A stretch of 32,000 bases of DNA from Parasynechococcus marenigrum WH 8102. GTDB taxonomy: Bacteria > Cyanobacteriota > Cyanobacteriia > PCC-6307 > Cyanobiaceae. Shown piece after piece: positions 25,456 to 32,000 of this stretch. The notes below the pieces were generated by a model. The model was given only the letters and a program-made list of their open reading frames with translations, did not search any database and was not told the origin of the DNA. The position numbers and the translations under genes are program-made. The number at the start of each line of letters is the position of its first letter. The first letter of the stretch is position 1. The stretch is from the NCBI RefSeq assembly GCF_000195975.1, contig NC_005070.1, positions 1,230,001-1,262,000 of the forward strand, in the 5' to 3' direction.

Positions 25456-26376
25456 TCAAGAGACACAGAGATCACCTAACGCGGCAAGGCGATATTGAAG
25501 TGATGCCCAGTTAAAGCTGCGAGGGTCCCCCCTCTCTCCGCCCAGATCAACATGGCGGTGCGTGGTGATCGCTGCCGGAGGCAACTTGAAGCGATTGATC
25601 CAATCCGAAAGAACAACGGCAAGAGCGTCGTATTGACGTGATGTGTATCCAGTGTGCTGTGACGCATCATTGGCACCGCTCTCGGGGGTTTCCAGGCTGA
25701 CGTGCAGCGCGAAATTGTTGAGAGAGCCCAACAGGCGCGGGTTGGTGACGGCCCATTCACCAAGAAATGCAGAATTGCCAGCTCCATAGGCCCGTTTGAG
25801 CGGGTCAACGATGTCAACAACGCTTCCATCCAATCCAACCAGCGTGTGGTAACTCACCTGGTCTTCGTCGAAAGGATGAGGCGTCTGGAACGTGTTGATC
25901 GCTGATGTCAACGAATAGACGGTCTCGTGCATGACCACCACCCGCGGTGATGGATCCAATGGAGTGCCGTAGGCATCCTTCGAGAAACGCTCACCGAAAT
26001 TGGTCGAATGAATGTGAACGGTGGTGCGCCAGACATCACTGGAGCGTTGCAGCGCTTTCAGGCGAGAACGCAGGGCGGAATCAATCCCGGTGCACTGCTT
26101 TGCCAAAGGGGATGTCCAGGACCGTGAGCGAGGAGCACGTGGGTGATCCACTGCTGGTGGCGACTTGATGTCCTTGCCTGATTCCACCTGCTCAAGCAGG
26201 TCCATCAGCGATGGACGATCACCAGCGTGGGATGGCTTGCTGCGGTCAAGGCTGACCCAACTGACCAGCAGAACAGCAAGGGATCCCGTAGCCGCCACAG
26301 CTACAGCAGTTCGAGGGTGCAGACGGATCAGATCGGCAACCTGTTCAAGTTTCTGGATCAGAGAAACCGGAACCAT
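25456..26376 (-). CDS. N-acetylmuramoyl-L-alanine amidase (amidase_2 / AmpD-PGRP fold), membrane-anchored
   Basis: The tracked ORF starts at 26457. ATG 26376 (MVPVSLIQKLEQ...AVAVAATGSLAVLLVSWV, a TM anchor) is the more likely start. Amidase_2 blocks are VVVMHETV, SYHTLVGLDGSVVDIV, NNFALHVSLE and ITTHRHVDLGGERGDPRSFNW, with Zn ligands His/His/Asp in the expected places. Confidence 0.8.
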   Translation of the reverse strand: MVPVSLIQKLEQVADLIRLHPRTAVAVAATGSLAVLLVSWVSLDRSKPSHAGDRPSLMDLLEQVESGKDIKSPPAVDHPRAPRSRSWTSPLAKQCTGIDSALRSRLKALQRSSDVWRTTVHIHSTNFGERFSKDAYGTPLDPSPRVVVMHETVYSLTSAINTFQTPHPFDEDQVSYHTLVGLDGSVVDIVDPLKRAYGAGNSAFLGEWAVTNPRLLGSLNNFALHVSLETPESGANDASQHTGYTSRQYDALAVVLSDWINRFKLPPAAITTHRHVDLGGERGDPRSFNWASLQYRLAALGDLCVS

Positions 26377-28055
26377 CGATCTCTCAGAAACAGCTGCTCC
26401 GAGGATGCCGCAGGTTCCCAGCTGAGGCACCACCGTTCCACACCCTGCACTGCACACAGTTGAGTTGTAGCGAGGCAGCCTCGACGGGCATAGGTGAACA
26501 CAGCTGGCCGATCCACGCTCAGCAGCAAGGGAAGATCCGCTGACGCGTTCACCCGTCTGCCGTCGACGGCGATGAGTTCATCGCCGGGAACCAACGCCGC
26601 AGCTCGGCCAGGACTATCCAGGGCGACACGCTTGACAACGACACGACCGTTGACATCAGCCAGGGTCAGACCGTGATCGGGCTCAGCCAGAGGCACGGGG
26701 TCGAATCGCGCTCCAATCAGAGCGGCCGTGTCCTGAAGGGGCAAGGAGTCAGCACTGTCCAACCATCGGTCGAGATCATCGGCAAGACCGGGATCAATGG
26801 CTTTCAACAACACAGTCAAATCCTCTCGAACAAAGCCTCGACCCACCGTTCCGTGCGTCATCCAGAGAGCCCGAAGCTGTTCCGCCAGAGAACTGTCCCG
26901 CTGCCGAAGGCGCACATCCAGACAGAACGCCGTGGCAGCCCCGAGTCGGTAGTAGCTGATTTGGCTGTCAGCTGAGACCGCAGTGGCCTTGTACAACTTC
27001 ACCCAGGCCTCCTGGGCACTGGCAGCCAGGGATTGCACCCGCCGCCCCGGAGCCATCAGCACTCTGGACAGCTCCTCACTGAGATCCTTCAGCAATGTGG
27101 AGCGATCACTGCAGCCAGCCAGCAGCGGCAACACGAGGTCGAAGTAGCTCGTGATTCCCTCGGCGAACCAAAGCCCTTCGCTGACAACGGGGTGGCCGTA
27201 GTCATAGGGGCGGAACTCCCGTGGGCGCAGCCGGCGCACATTCCACTGATGCAGATACTCGTGGCCCACCAGCTGCAGCAATTGCCGGTAACCATCCGGT
27301 TTCGCCAGGGCTGACCAGTTGAACTGCAATACAGCACTGTGGTCGTGCTCGAGGCCGCCATAGCCGCTGTCAAGCATCTGAATCACGAGCTGATAGCGAT
27401 CACCGGCCGGTGGGGGAGTGCCCATCAAGCGACATGTGGCCTCACAGACCCGTTCAACATCGGCCTTCAGCGTGGTCGGCCATCCCCCCGGCGGGTCCCC
27501 CATGAGCAGCAACTCGTGCTGATGCTCTTGGACACGAAAAAGCTGGCTATCGAACAGACCTGCCTGGACTGGACTATCCAACAAATTATCGAAATCGGCG
27601 GCGCGCCATCCACCCCCATCACTTGGGAGGGGGCAGTGGACCTGCCAGGCATCAGCGCTATTCACAGTGAGTCGATGGGGAGTCCACCGACATCCATCCA
27701 GTTCCATCACTACTGCAGCGAGGCTGAAGGAGGCGAACTCCGGATCGACAAAGGCCGTCCGCACCGTCAGGTCCCTGGCTTCCACCACGTACGTGAGGCA
27801 CAGCGGCCCTGGATCGAGATCGTCCACCAGCCATTGATGGGGCGCAAGACGTCGCAAGGTGACGACACCTGTGGCAGCCGTCAGCTGCAGGCTGTGCAGA
27901 TGCTGAACGGGATCACGGATGGTGTAGGAGCCAGGTGTCCAAAGGGGGAACTGCAGGATCTGGCGTGAGGTGGACCCTGTCCACCGCATCGTGACGCGAA
28001 TGCGCTGTTCTTCTGGTTGAACAAGATCCAGATGAACGTGAACGTCGCCGTTCAC
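26358..28055 (-). CDS. M61 family (glycyl aminopeptidase-like) metallopeptidase with C-terminal PDZ domain
   Basis: 565-aa ORF with a GTG start at 28055, 1 nt after the upstream stop. The HExxH zinc motif is in LVGHEYLHQWNV. The PDZ-like part is VVKRVALDSPGRAAALVPGDELIAVDGRRV. Confidence 0.85.
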   Translation of the reverse strand: MNGDVHVHLDLVQPEEQRIRVTMRWTGSTSRQILQFPLWTPGSYTIRDPVQHLHSLQLTAATGVVTLRRLAPHQWLVDDLDPGPLCLTYVVEARDLTVRTAFVDPEFASFSLAAVVMELDGCRWTPHRLTVNSADAWQVHCPLPSDGGGWRAADFDNLLDSPVQAGLFDSQLFRVQEHQHELLLMGDPPGGWPTTLKADVERVCEATCRLMGTPPPAGDRYQLVIQMLDSGYGGLEHDHSAVLQFNWSALAKPDGYRQLLQLVGHEYLHQWNVRRLRPREFRPYDYGHPVVSEGLWFAEGITSYFDLVLPLLAGCSDRSTLLKDLSEELSRVLMAPGRRVQSLAASAQEAWVKLYKATAVSADSQISYYRLGAATAFCLDVRLRQRDSSLAEQLRALWMTHGTVGRGFVREDLTVLLKAIDPGLADDLDRWLDSADSLPLQDTAALIGARFDPVPLAEPDHGLTLADVNGRVVVKRVALDSPGRAAALVPGDELIAVDGRRVNASADLPLLLSVDRPAVFTYARRGCLATTQLCAVQGVERWCLSWEPAASSEQLFLRDRWFRFL

Positions 28056-28056
28056 C

Positions 28057-28407
28057 TCAGAACGATTCGATGATCATCGTCGCGGAGGATCCGAAGCAAT
28101 CCATCGACTCAAGAGCAGCAAGAAGCGCATATCGCCGTGCCACCCGCTGGAGCCTTGCCTCAAGACTCTGATGTCGGGCCAGCCGTTGCAGATCACCCAC
28201 CATGGTGATCACGCCATCGGATCCCAAACCCCAACCAAGGGATGGGGAGCCATCAGGCAGGTTGGCGAGCAGATCCACCAGATGGGACTTGCCATTGAAG
28301 GGCGCCATCACAGCACTCTTCGCGACATCAAATCCTTCGTGTTGCAGAGCTGTTTCCAGCAGATCCGCCCGTGTGTAAGCGGTCGGCAGGATGGAGAGAT
28401 GGGACAT
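28057..28407 (-). CDS. ycf35: DUF1257 (Ycf35-like) protein
   Basis: 116-aa ORF with ATG at 28407. The N-terminus MSHLSILPTAYTRADLLETALQHEGFDV matches the MSHFSxIxT...L..AL..LG start typical of DUF1257/Ycf35. Confidence 0.7.
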   Translation of the reverse strand: MSHLSILPTAYTRADLLETALQHEGFDVAKSAVMAPFNGKSHLVDLLANLPDGSPSLGWGLGSDGVITMVGDLQRLARHQSLEARLQRVARRYALLAALESMDCFGSSATMIIESF

Positions 28408-28414
28408 GAACTGA

Positions 28415-29083
28415 ATGCCCGCTTTTGCAGACCCTAGCCAGCAGATGTCATCTGACCAGGCCCTGATTCATCCATCGTCAGGTGGACCAGCCGATCTCAG
28501 CCCACCGATCAGAGTGGGCGTGATGGCATCGGGTAACGGAAGCAATTTCGAGGCCTTGGCAACAGCGATCCGGGATGGACACATCAATGCCGAGATCGCT
28601 CTGTTGGTGGTGAACAACCCTGGCTGCGGTGCCCAACAACGGGCAAAACGGCTCGGCATTCCCTGGCAACTGTTCAATCATCGGAACTACGACAGCCGCT
28701 CAGCACTCGACCGTGACCTGGTGCAGCGATTCCAATCGCTTGGCGTGGAAGGAATCGTGATGGCCGGCTGGATGCGCATCGTCACCAACGAGTTGATTCA
28801 GGCCTTCCCAGACCGGCTGATCAACATCCATCCATCGCTGCTGCCCAGCTTCCGGGGGCTTGATGGCGTCGGCCAGGCCCTCAAGGCCGGGGTCCGGCTC
28901 GCTGGTTGCACGGTTCATCTGGTCACAGAGGACCTCGATGCCGGTCCGATCCTGGTTCAGGCAGCTGTGCCGGTGCTGGACACTGACAATCACGACAGCC
29001 TGTCCCGGCGGATTCAGCAACAGGAACATCGCATCCTGCCCGCTGGCCTGATGCTGGCTGCTGATCGCTGGCGTCAGGGATAA
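28415..29083 (+). CDS. purN: Phosphoribosylglycinamide formyltransferase
   Basis: 222-aa ORF. Motifs are VGVMASGNGSNFEAL, LINIHPSLLPSFRG and TVHLVTEDLDAGPIL (catalytic N/H/D). ATG 28415 is only 7 nt from the divergent ycf35 ATG, so the in-frame ATG at 28445 may be the true start. Confidence 0.9.
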   Translation: MPAFADPSQQMSSDQALIHPSSGGPADLSPPIRVGVMASGNGSNFEALATAIRDGHINAEIALLVVNNPGCGAQQRAKRLGIPWQLFNHRNYDSRSALDRDLVQRFQSLGVEGIVMAGWMRIVTNELIQAFPDRLINIHPSLLPSFRGLDGVGQALKAGVRLAGCTVHLVTEDLDAGPILVQAAVPVLDTDNHDSLSRRIQQQEHRILPAGLMLAADRWRQG

Positions 29084-30147
29084 AAACTCTGCAAGGGAAG
29101 CCCTGTCTCCGGCGGCAGGCCATGCATCAGGTTCAGGCATTGCACCCCCTGTCCAGCCTGACCTTTGATCAGGTTGTCGATGGCGCTCATCAGGATCATC
29201 TGCCCGGTTCTTGTGTCCACCTGAACGGAGACCAACGCGCGATTGGTGTGCCGCGCCCACTTGGTGGCTGGATAGGTGCCCACCGGCAGCACGGAAACGC
29301 AGGGGTGGTGGCGATACACCGCTTCGAGAACCGTTGTGCAGTCCTCAGCCGTCAGACCAGGATCCCGCAGGCGTGCGTACACGGTGGATAACAGGCCACG
29401 CACCATCGGCACGAGATGGGGAGTGAACTGCAACCGAACATCCTGACCGGCAACCTCCCGGGCCATCTGTTCGATTTCCGAGGTGTGCCGATGTCCGATC
29501 ACGCCGTAAGGAGCAATCGACTCTGAGGCCTCTGCCAGCAACATCGCCTCCTTAGGAACACGACCGCCGCCGGATGTGCCTGTTTTGGCATCGATGACGA
29601 TGCCGTCGGTGTCGATCAGGCCCTGCTTCAGGAAGGGAAGCAACGGAAGCAGGCTTGCGGTCGGGAAACAACCGGGCGCTGCCACCAACCTGGCCTCAGC
29701 GATGGCAGGACCATGCCACTCCGGCAATCCATACACCGCCTGTTGGCAGAGTTCCGAATCCTCCCGTGAGAGACGGTTGGCCTCCTGGGCATACACCTGA
29801 CTCCACTGCTCCAGCGATCGGTAGCGAAAGTCGGCCGAGAGATCCACCACCCGCACACCTCGCTGCAGAAGCTCCGGTGCGAGTTGACAGGCCAATCCAT
29901 TGGGGAGGCTGAGGACGGCGTAATCCGCGGCCGCAGCGATGCGCTCAGCATCAGCGGACTGAACAACGGGGTCTTCCGGAAGCGGCAGAAATGAGCAGAT
30001 CGAGCTCCAGCGCCGTCCTGCACTCCGTTCTCCGCCGAGGAACGTCACGGTCAATGACGGATGGTCCTGCAGAAGCCTGATGGTCTGCAGCCCGCCATAG
30101 CCCGATGCACCGATCACCGCGACACGACCCTGCCCACCACCGGCCAT
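29074..30147 (-). CDS. argC: N-acetyl-gamma-glutamyl-phosphate reductase
   Basis: The tracked ORF starts at TTG 30192. ATG 30147 gives [26 protein letters not shown], the usual spacing before the GxSGYxG NAD motif. The catalytic Cys context is [10 protein letters not shown]. The 3' end overlaps the purN 3' end by 10 nt. Confidence 0.92.
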   Translation of the reverse strand: MAGGGQGRVAVIGASGYGGLQTIRLLQDHPSLTVTFLGGERSAGRRWSSICSFLPLPEDPVVQSADAERIAAAADYAVLSLPNGLACQLAPELLQRGVRVVDLSADFRYRSLEQWSQVYAQEANRLSREDSELCQQAVYGLPEWHGPAIAEARLVAAPGCFPTASLLPLLPFLKQGLIDTDGIVIDAKTGTSGGGRVPKEAMLLAEASESIAPYGVIGHRHTSEIEQMAREVAGQDVRLQFTPHLVPMVRGLLSTVYARLRDPGLTAEDCTTVLEAVYRHHPCVSVLPVGTYPATKWARHTNRALVSVQVDTRTGQMILMSAIDNLIKGQAGQGVQCLNLMHGLPPETGLPLQSFYP

Positions 30148-30220
30148 CTCGGCGATTCGTGACGCAGTGCTGCTTGCCATGGCGACGTCCAACCAACAGT
30201 TGATCGTACAGAGATTGATA

Positions 30221-31882
30221 ATGATGGAATTGCAGTACGGCAGGCTTCTGAACTCCAGTTCCCAGCATCAGCAGGACGATCCGATCCGCTTCGATGACAT
30301 CGCCGAGGCGTTGGCCGCCATTCGCAATGGTGCCTGTGTGGTGGTGGTCGATGACGAGCAGCGTGAAAACGAAGGCGATCTGATCTGCGCCGCTCAATTC
30401 GCCACACCGGAAGCGATCAATTTCATGGCGACCGAGGCCCGCGGGCTGATCTGTCTGGCCATGGAGGGGAAGCGGCTGGACGAGCTTGATCTTCCCCTGA
30501 TGGTGGATCGCAACACCGATGCCAACGAAACGGCCTTCACGGTGAGCATCGATGCGGGGGCTGAGCACGGCGTCAGCACTGGAATCTCTGCGGAGGATCG
30601 TGCCCGGACGATTCAGGTTGCCCTCAATCCCAAGACGCGACCTGCGGAGCTGCGACGACCGGGACACATTTTTCCGCTGCGGGCCAAGCCTGGCGGCGTG
30701 TTGAAACGCGCCGGACACACGGAAGCAGCTGTTGACCTGGCCCAGCTTGCGGGTCTTACACCCTCCGGCGTGATCTGCGAGATCCAGAACAGCGATGGCT
30801 CCATGGCCCGTCTGCCGGAACTGAGGGCTTACGCCGATACCTGGGGCTTGAAGCTCATCAGCATCGCTGAACTGATCCGCTATCGGCTCGACAACGAACG
30901 GTTTGTGCGACGGCAGGCCCATGCGGAACTGCCGAGTCAGTTCGGTTCGTTCCAGGCCATTGGCTACTGCAATGAACTGGATGGCTCGGAACATGTGGCC
31001 CTCGTCAAAGGTGACCCGGCCTCCCTGCGTGAACCGGTGCTGGTGCGGATGCATTCGGAATGCCTCACCGGTGATGCCTTCGGATCCCTGCGCTGCGACT
31101 GCCGCCCTCAGCTGGAGGCAGCACTGCGCCAAATCGAACGTGAGGGGGAAGGTGTGGTGGTTTACCTACGCCAGGAGGGTCGCGGCATCGGTCTGATCAA
31201 CAAACTTCGCGCCTACAGCCTTCAGGATGGAGGCCTTGACACCGTTGAGGCCAACGAACGGCTGGGGTTCCCCGCTGACTTGCGCAACTACGGGGTGGGA
31301 GCGCAGATCCTCTCAGATCTCGGCATCCATCGCTTGCGACTGCTGACCAACAACCCCCGCAAGATCGCTGGGCTCGGGGGCTATGGACTTCAGGTGGAAG
31401 AACGGGTCCCCCTGGTGATGGATGCCGGTGATCACAACGCCGACTATCTGGCTGCCAAGCGCGACAAACTCGGCCATCTCATGGACAGCGATGGTCCCTG
31501 CACCGTTCTCGCCGTCGCGGTGAACGATCGAACGGAGAGCCTGCCCTCGATCCGCTCCCGTGTGGAAGATCTCGCTGAGACCCACGGCCAAACCCTGGAA
31601 GCGCTGCATGAGCCGCGCTTGCTGGCGCTCTGGGACCGTCCCCAGTTCGTCTGGAAGCTCACGCCGGAGGTGGATGCTCCGCTGGCACTGCTGCAGTCGA
31701 TTGCCCAGCTGGAATCCACACAACGCATTGGTTTGCTTCGCGTCAGCACCGAGCGCAGTGCGCTCCACCCATCACAAACGCTGGAACGGGAAGAGCGTTC
31801 CTTGGTTGAGCTCATCCAGACCAATGGGGACGAACGTCTGACGCAACGTCCGTCCCTCCTGCACTGGTCAGCCAGGGACTGA
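30221..31882 (+). CDS. ribBA: Bifunctional 3,4-dihydroxy-2-butanone-4-phosphate synthase / GTP cyclohydrolase II with a C-terminal extension
   Basis: The tracked ORF starts at GTG 30167, which overlaps argC. ATG-ATG at 30221 is the more likely start. The RibB part is [20 protein letters not shown]. The RibA part is [37 protein letters not shown] and LLTNNPRK. A further 132 aa follow the usual C-terminal KLGHLM. Confidence 0.92.
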   Translation: MMELQYGRLLNSSSQHQQDDPIRFDDIAEALAAIRNGACVVVVDDEQRENEGDLICAAQFATPEAINFMATEARGLICLAMEGKRLDELDLPLMVDRNTDANETAFTVSIDAGAEHGVSTGISAEDRARTIQVALNPKTRPAELRRPGHIFPLRAKPGGVLKRAGHTEAAVDLAQLAGLTPSGVICEIQNSDGSMARLPELRAYADTWGLKLISIAELIRYRLDNERFVRRQAHAELPSQFGSFQAIGYCNELDGSEHVALVKGDPASLREPVLVRMHSECLTGDAFGSLRCDCRPQLEAALRQIEREGEGVVVYLRQEGRGIGLINKLRAYSLQDGGLDTVEANERLGFPADLRNYGVGAQILSDLGIHRLRLLTNNPRKIAGLGGYGLQVEERVPLVMDAGDHNADYLAAKRDKLGHLMDSDGPCTVLAVAVNDRTESLPSIRSRVEDLAETHGQTLEALHEPRLLALWDRPQFVWKLTPEVDAPLALLQSIAQLESTQRIGLLRVSTERSALHPSQTLEREERSLVELIQTNGDERLTQRPSLLHWSARD

Positions 31883-32000
31883 TCAGTCCTGAATGATTAC
31901 CTTATTGATCTTGGATCCGTTGCTGAGCTTCAGAACTACATCCATGTTTCCGGTGTGACCGAACACGGTGTGCACGCCATCCAGATGGGGCTGTGCTTCA
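31883..32000 (-). CDS. Cyclophilin-type peptidyl-prolyl cis-trans isomerase, C-terminal 38 codons only (gene continues right of the window)
   Basis: Manual minus-strand translation gives ...EAQPHLDGVHTVFGHTGNMDVVLKLSNGSKINKVIIQD followed by TGA (complement of tca 31883-31885). The LDGxHTVFG...GMDVV pattern is the conserved cyclophilin C-terminal block. Confidence 0.7.
   Translation of the reverse strand, partial: EAQPHLDGVHTVFGHTGNMDVVLKLSNGSKINKVIIQD

Noticed and set aside
26377-26457. Upstream extension of the amidase ORF (MCSAGCGTVVPQLGTCG...)
   Set aside because: It would overlap the M61 peptidase 3' end by 100 nt. ATG 26376 directly precedes the predicted TM anchor and gives only a 19-nt overlap.
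30167-30192. Apparent head-to-head overlap of the argC and ribBA ORFs, including the CCATGG at 30177-30182 that provides an ATG on both strands
   Set aside because: This is an artefact of taking the most upstream TTG/GTG/ATG codons. Internal ATGs (argC 30147, ribBA 30221) fit the conserved N-termini and leave a 73-nt divergent spacer.
29951-31132. 393-aa minus-strand ORF, the longest unexplained ORF in the track
   Set aside because: It is fully antisense to ribBA, whose RibB and GTP cyclohydrolase II motifs are unambiguous. The product is R/G/A/Q-rich with no motif.

Overview
This is a GC-rich, gene-dense chromosomal segment with about 29 CDS on both strands and very short spacers. I found no rRNA, tRNA, CRISPR array, IS/transposase, integrase or phage-like gene. 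The gene content points to a marine Synechococcus-like picocyanobacterium: hemJ, ycf35/DUF1257, DUF1995, DUF4330, cobN, a long cyanobacterial-type ribBA and several HIP1 octamers GCGATCGC. This assignment is inference; no database search was run.

Genes left to right:
- metH (partial, -), ilvE (-), cobN (+).
- A tightly packed minus-strand string: flavin-reductase-like, uvrC, small secreted Cys protein, photolyase-like protein, hemJ, PHP phosphoesterase, disordered hypothetical.
- coaD and a coiled-coil protein (+).
- A second minus-strand string: dapF, cysteine desulfurase, DUF1995, DUF4330, dacB.
- leuS (+), pgi (-), a secreted hypothetical (+), a small His-rich secreted protein (-).
- A third minus-strand string: DUF1257, M61-PDZ peptidase, amidase_2.
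- purN (+), argC (-), ribBA (+), and the 3' end of a cyclophilin PPIase gene (-).

This looks like core housekeeping genome, not an accessory or defence island. I do not see a convincing new multi-gene system. The points most worth a second look are:
- A photolyase-like protein of the FeS-BCP branch that has too few cysteines for the family's iron-sulfur cluster and is translationally chained to uvrC.
- An 84-aa Cys-motif extension on DapF that runs into the adjacent cysteine desulfurase gene.
- A 288-nt dapF/leuS spacer that stays open in two mirrored frames and may hide a ~79-aa ORF.
- A small secreted protein with an HGHHHHHG tract and an outer-membrane-like C-terminus.
- Palindromes that embed the stop codons of convergent gene pairs.

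All family assignments come from reading motifs by eye. Start codons are often ambiguous because the ORF track also uses GTG and TTG starts.
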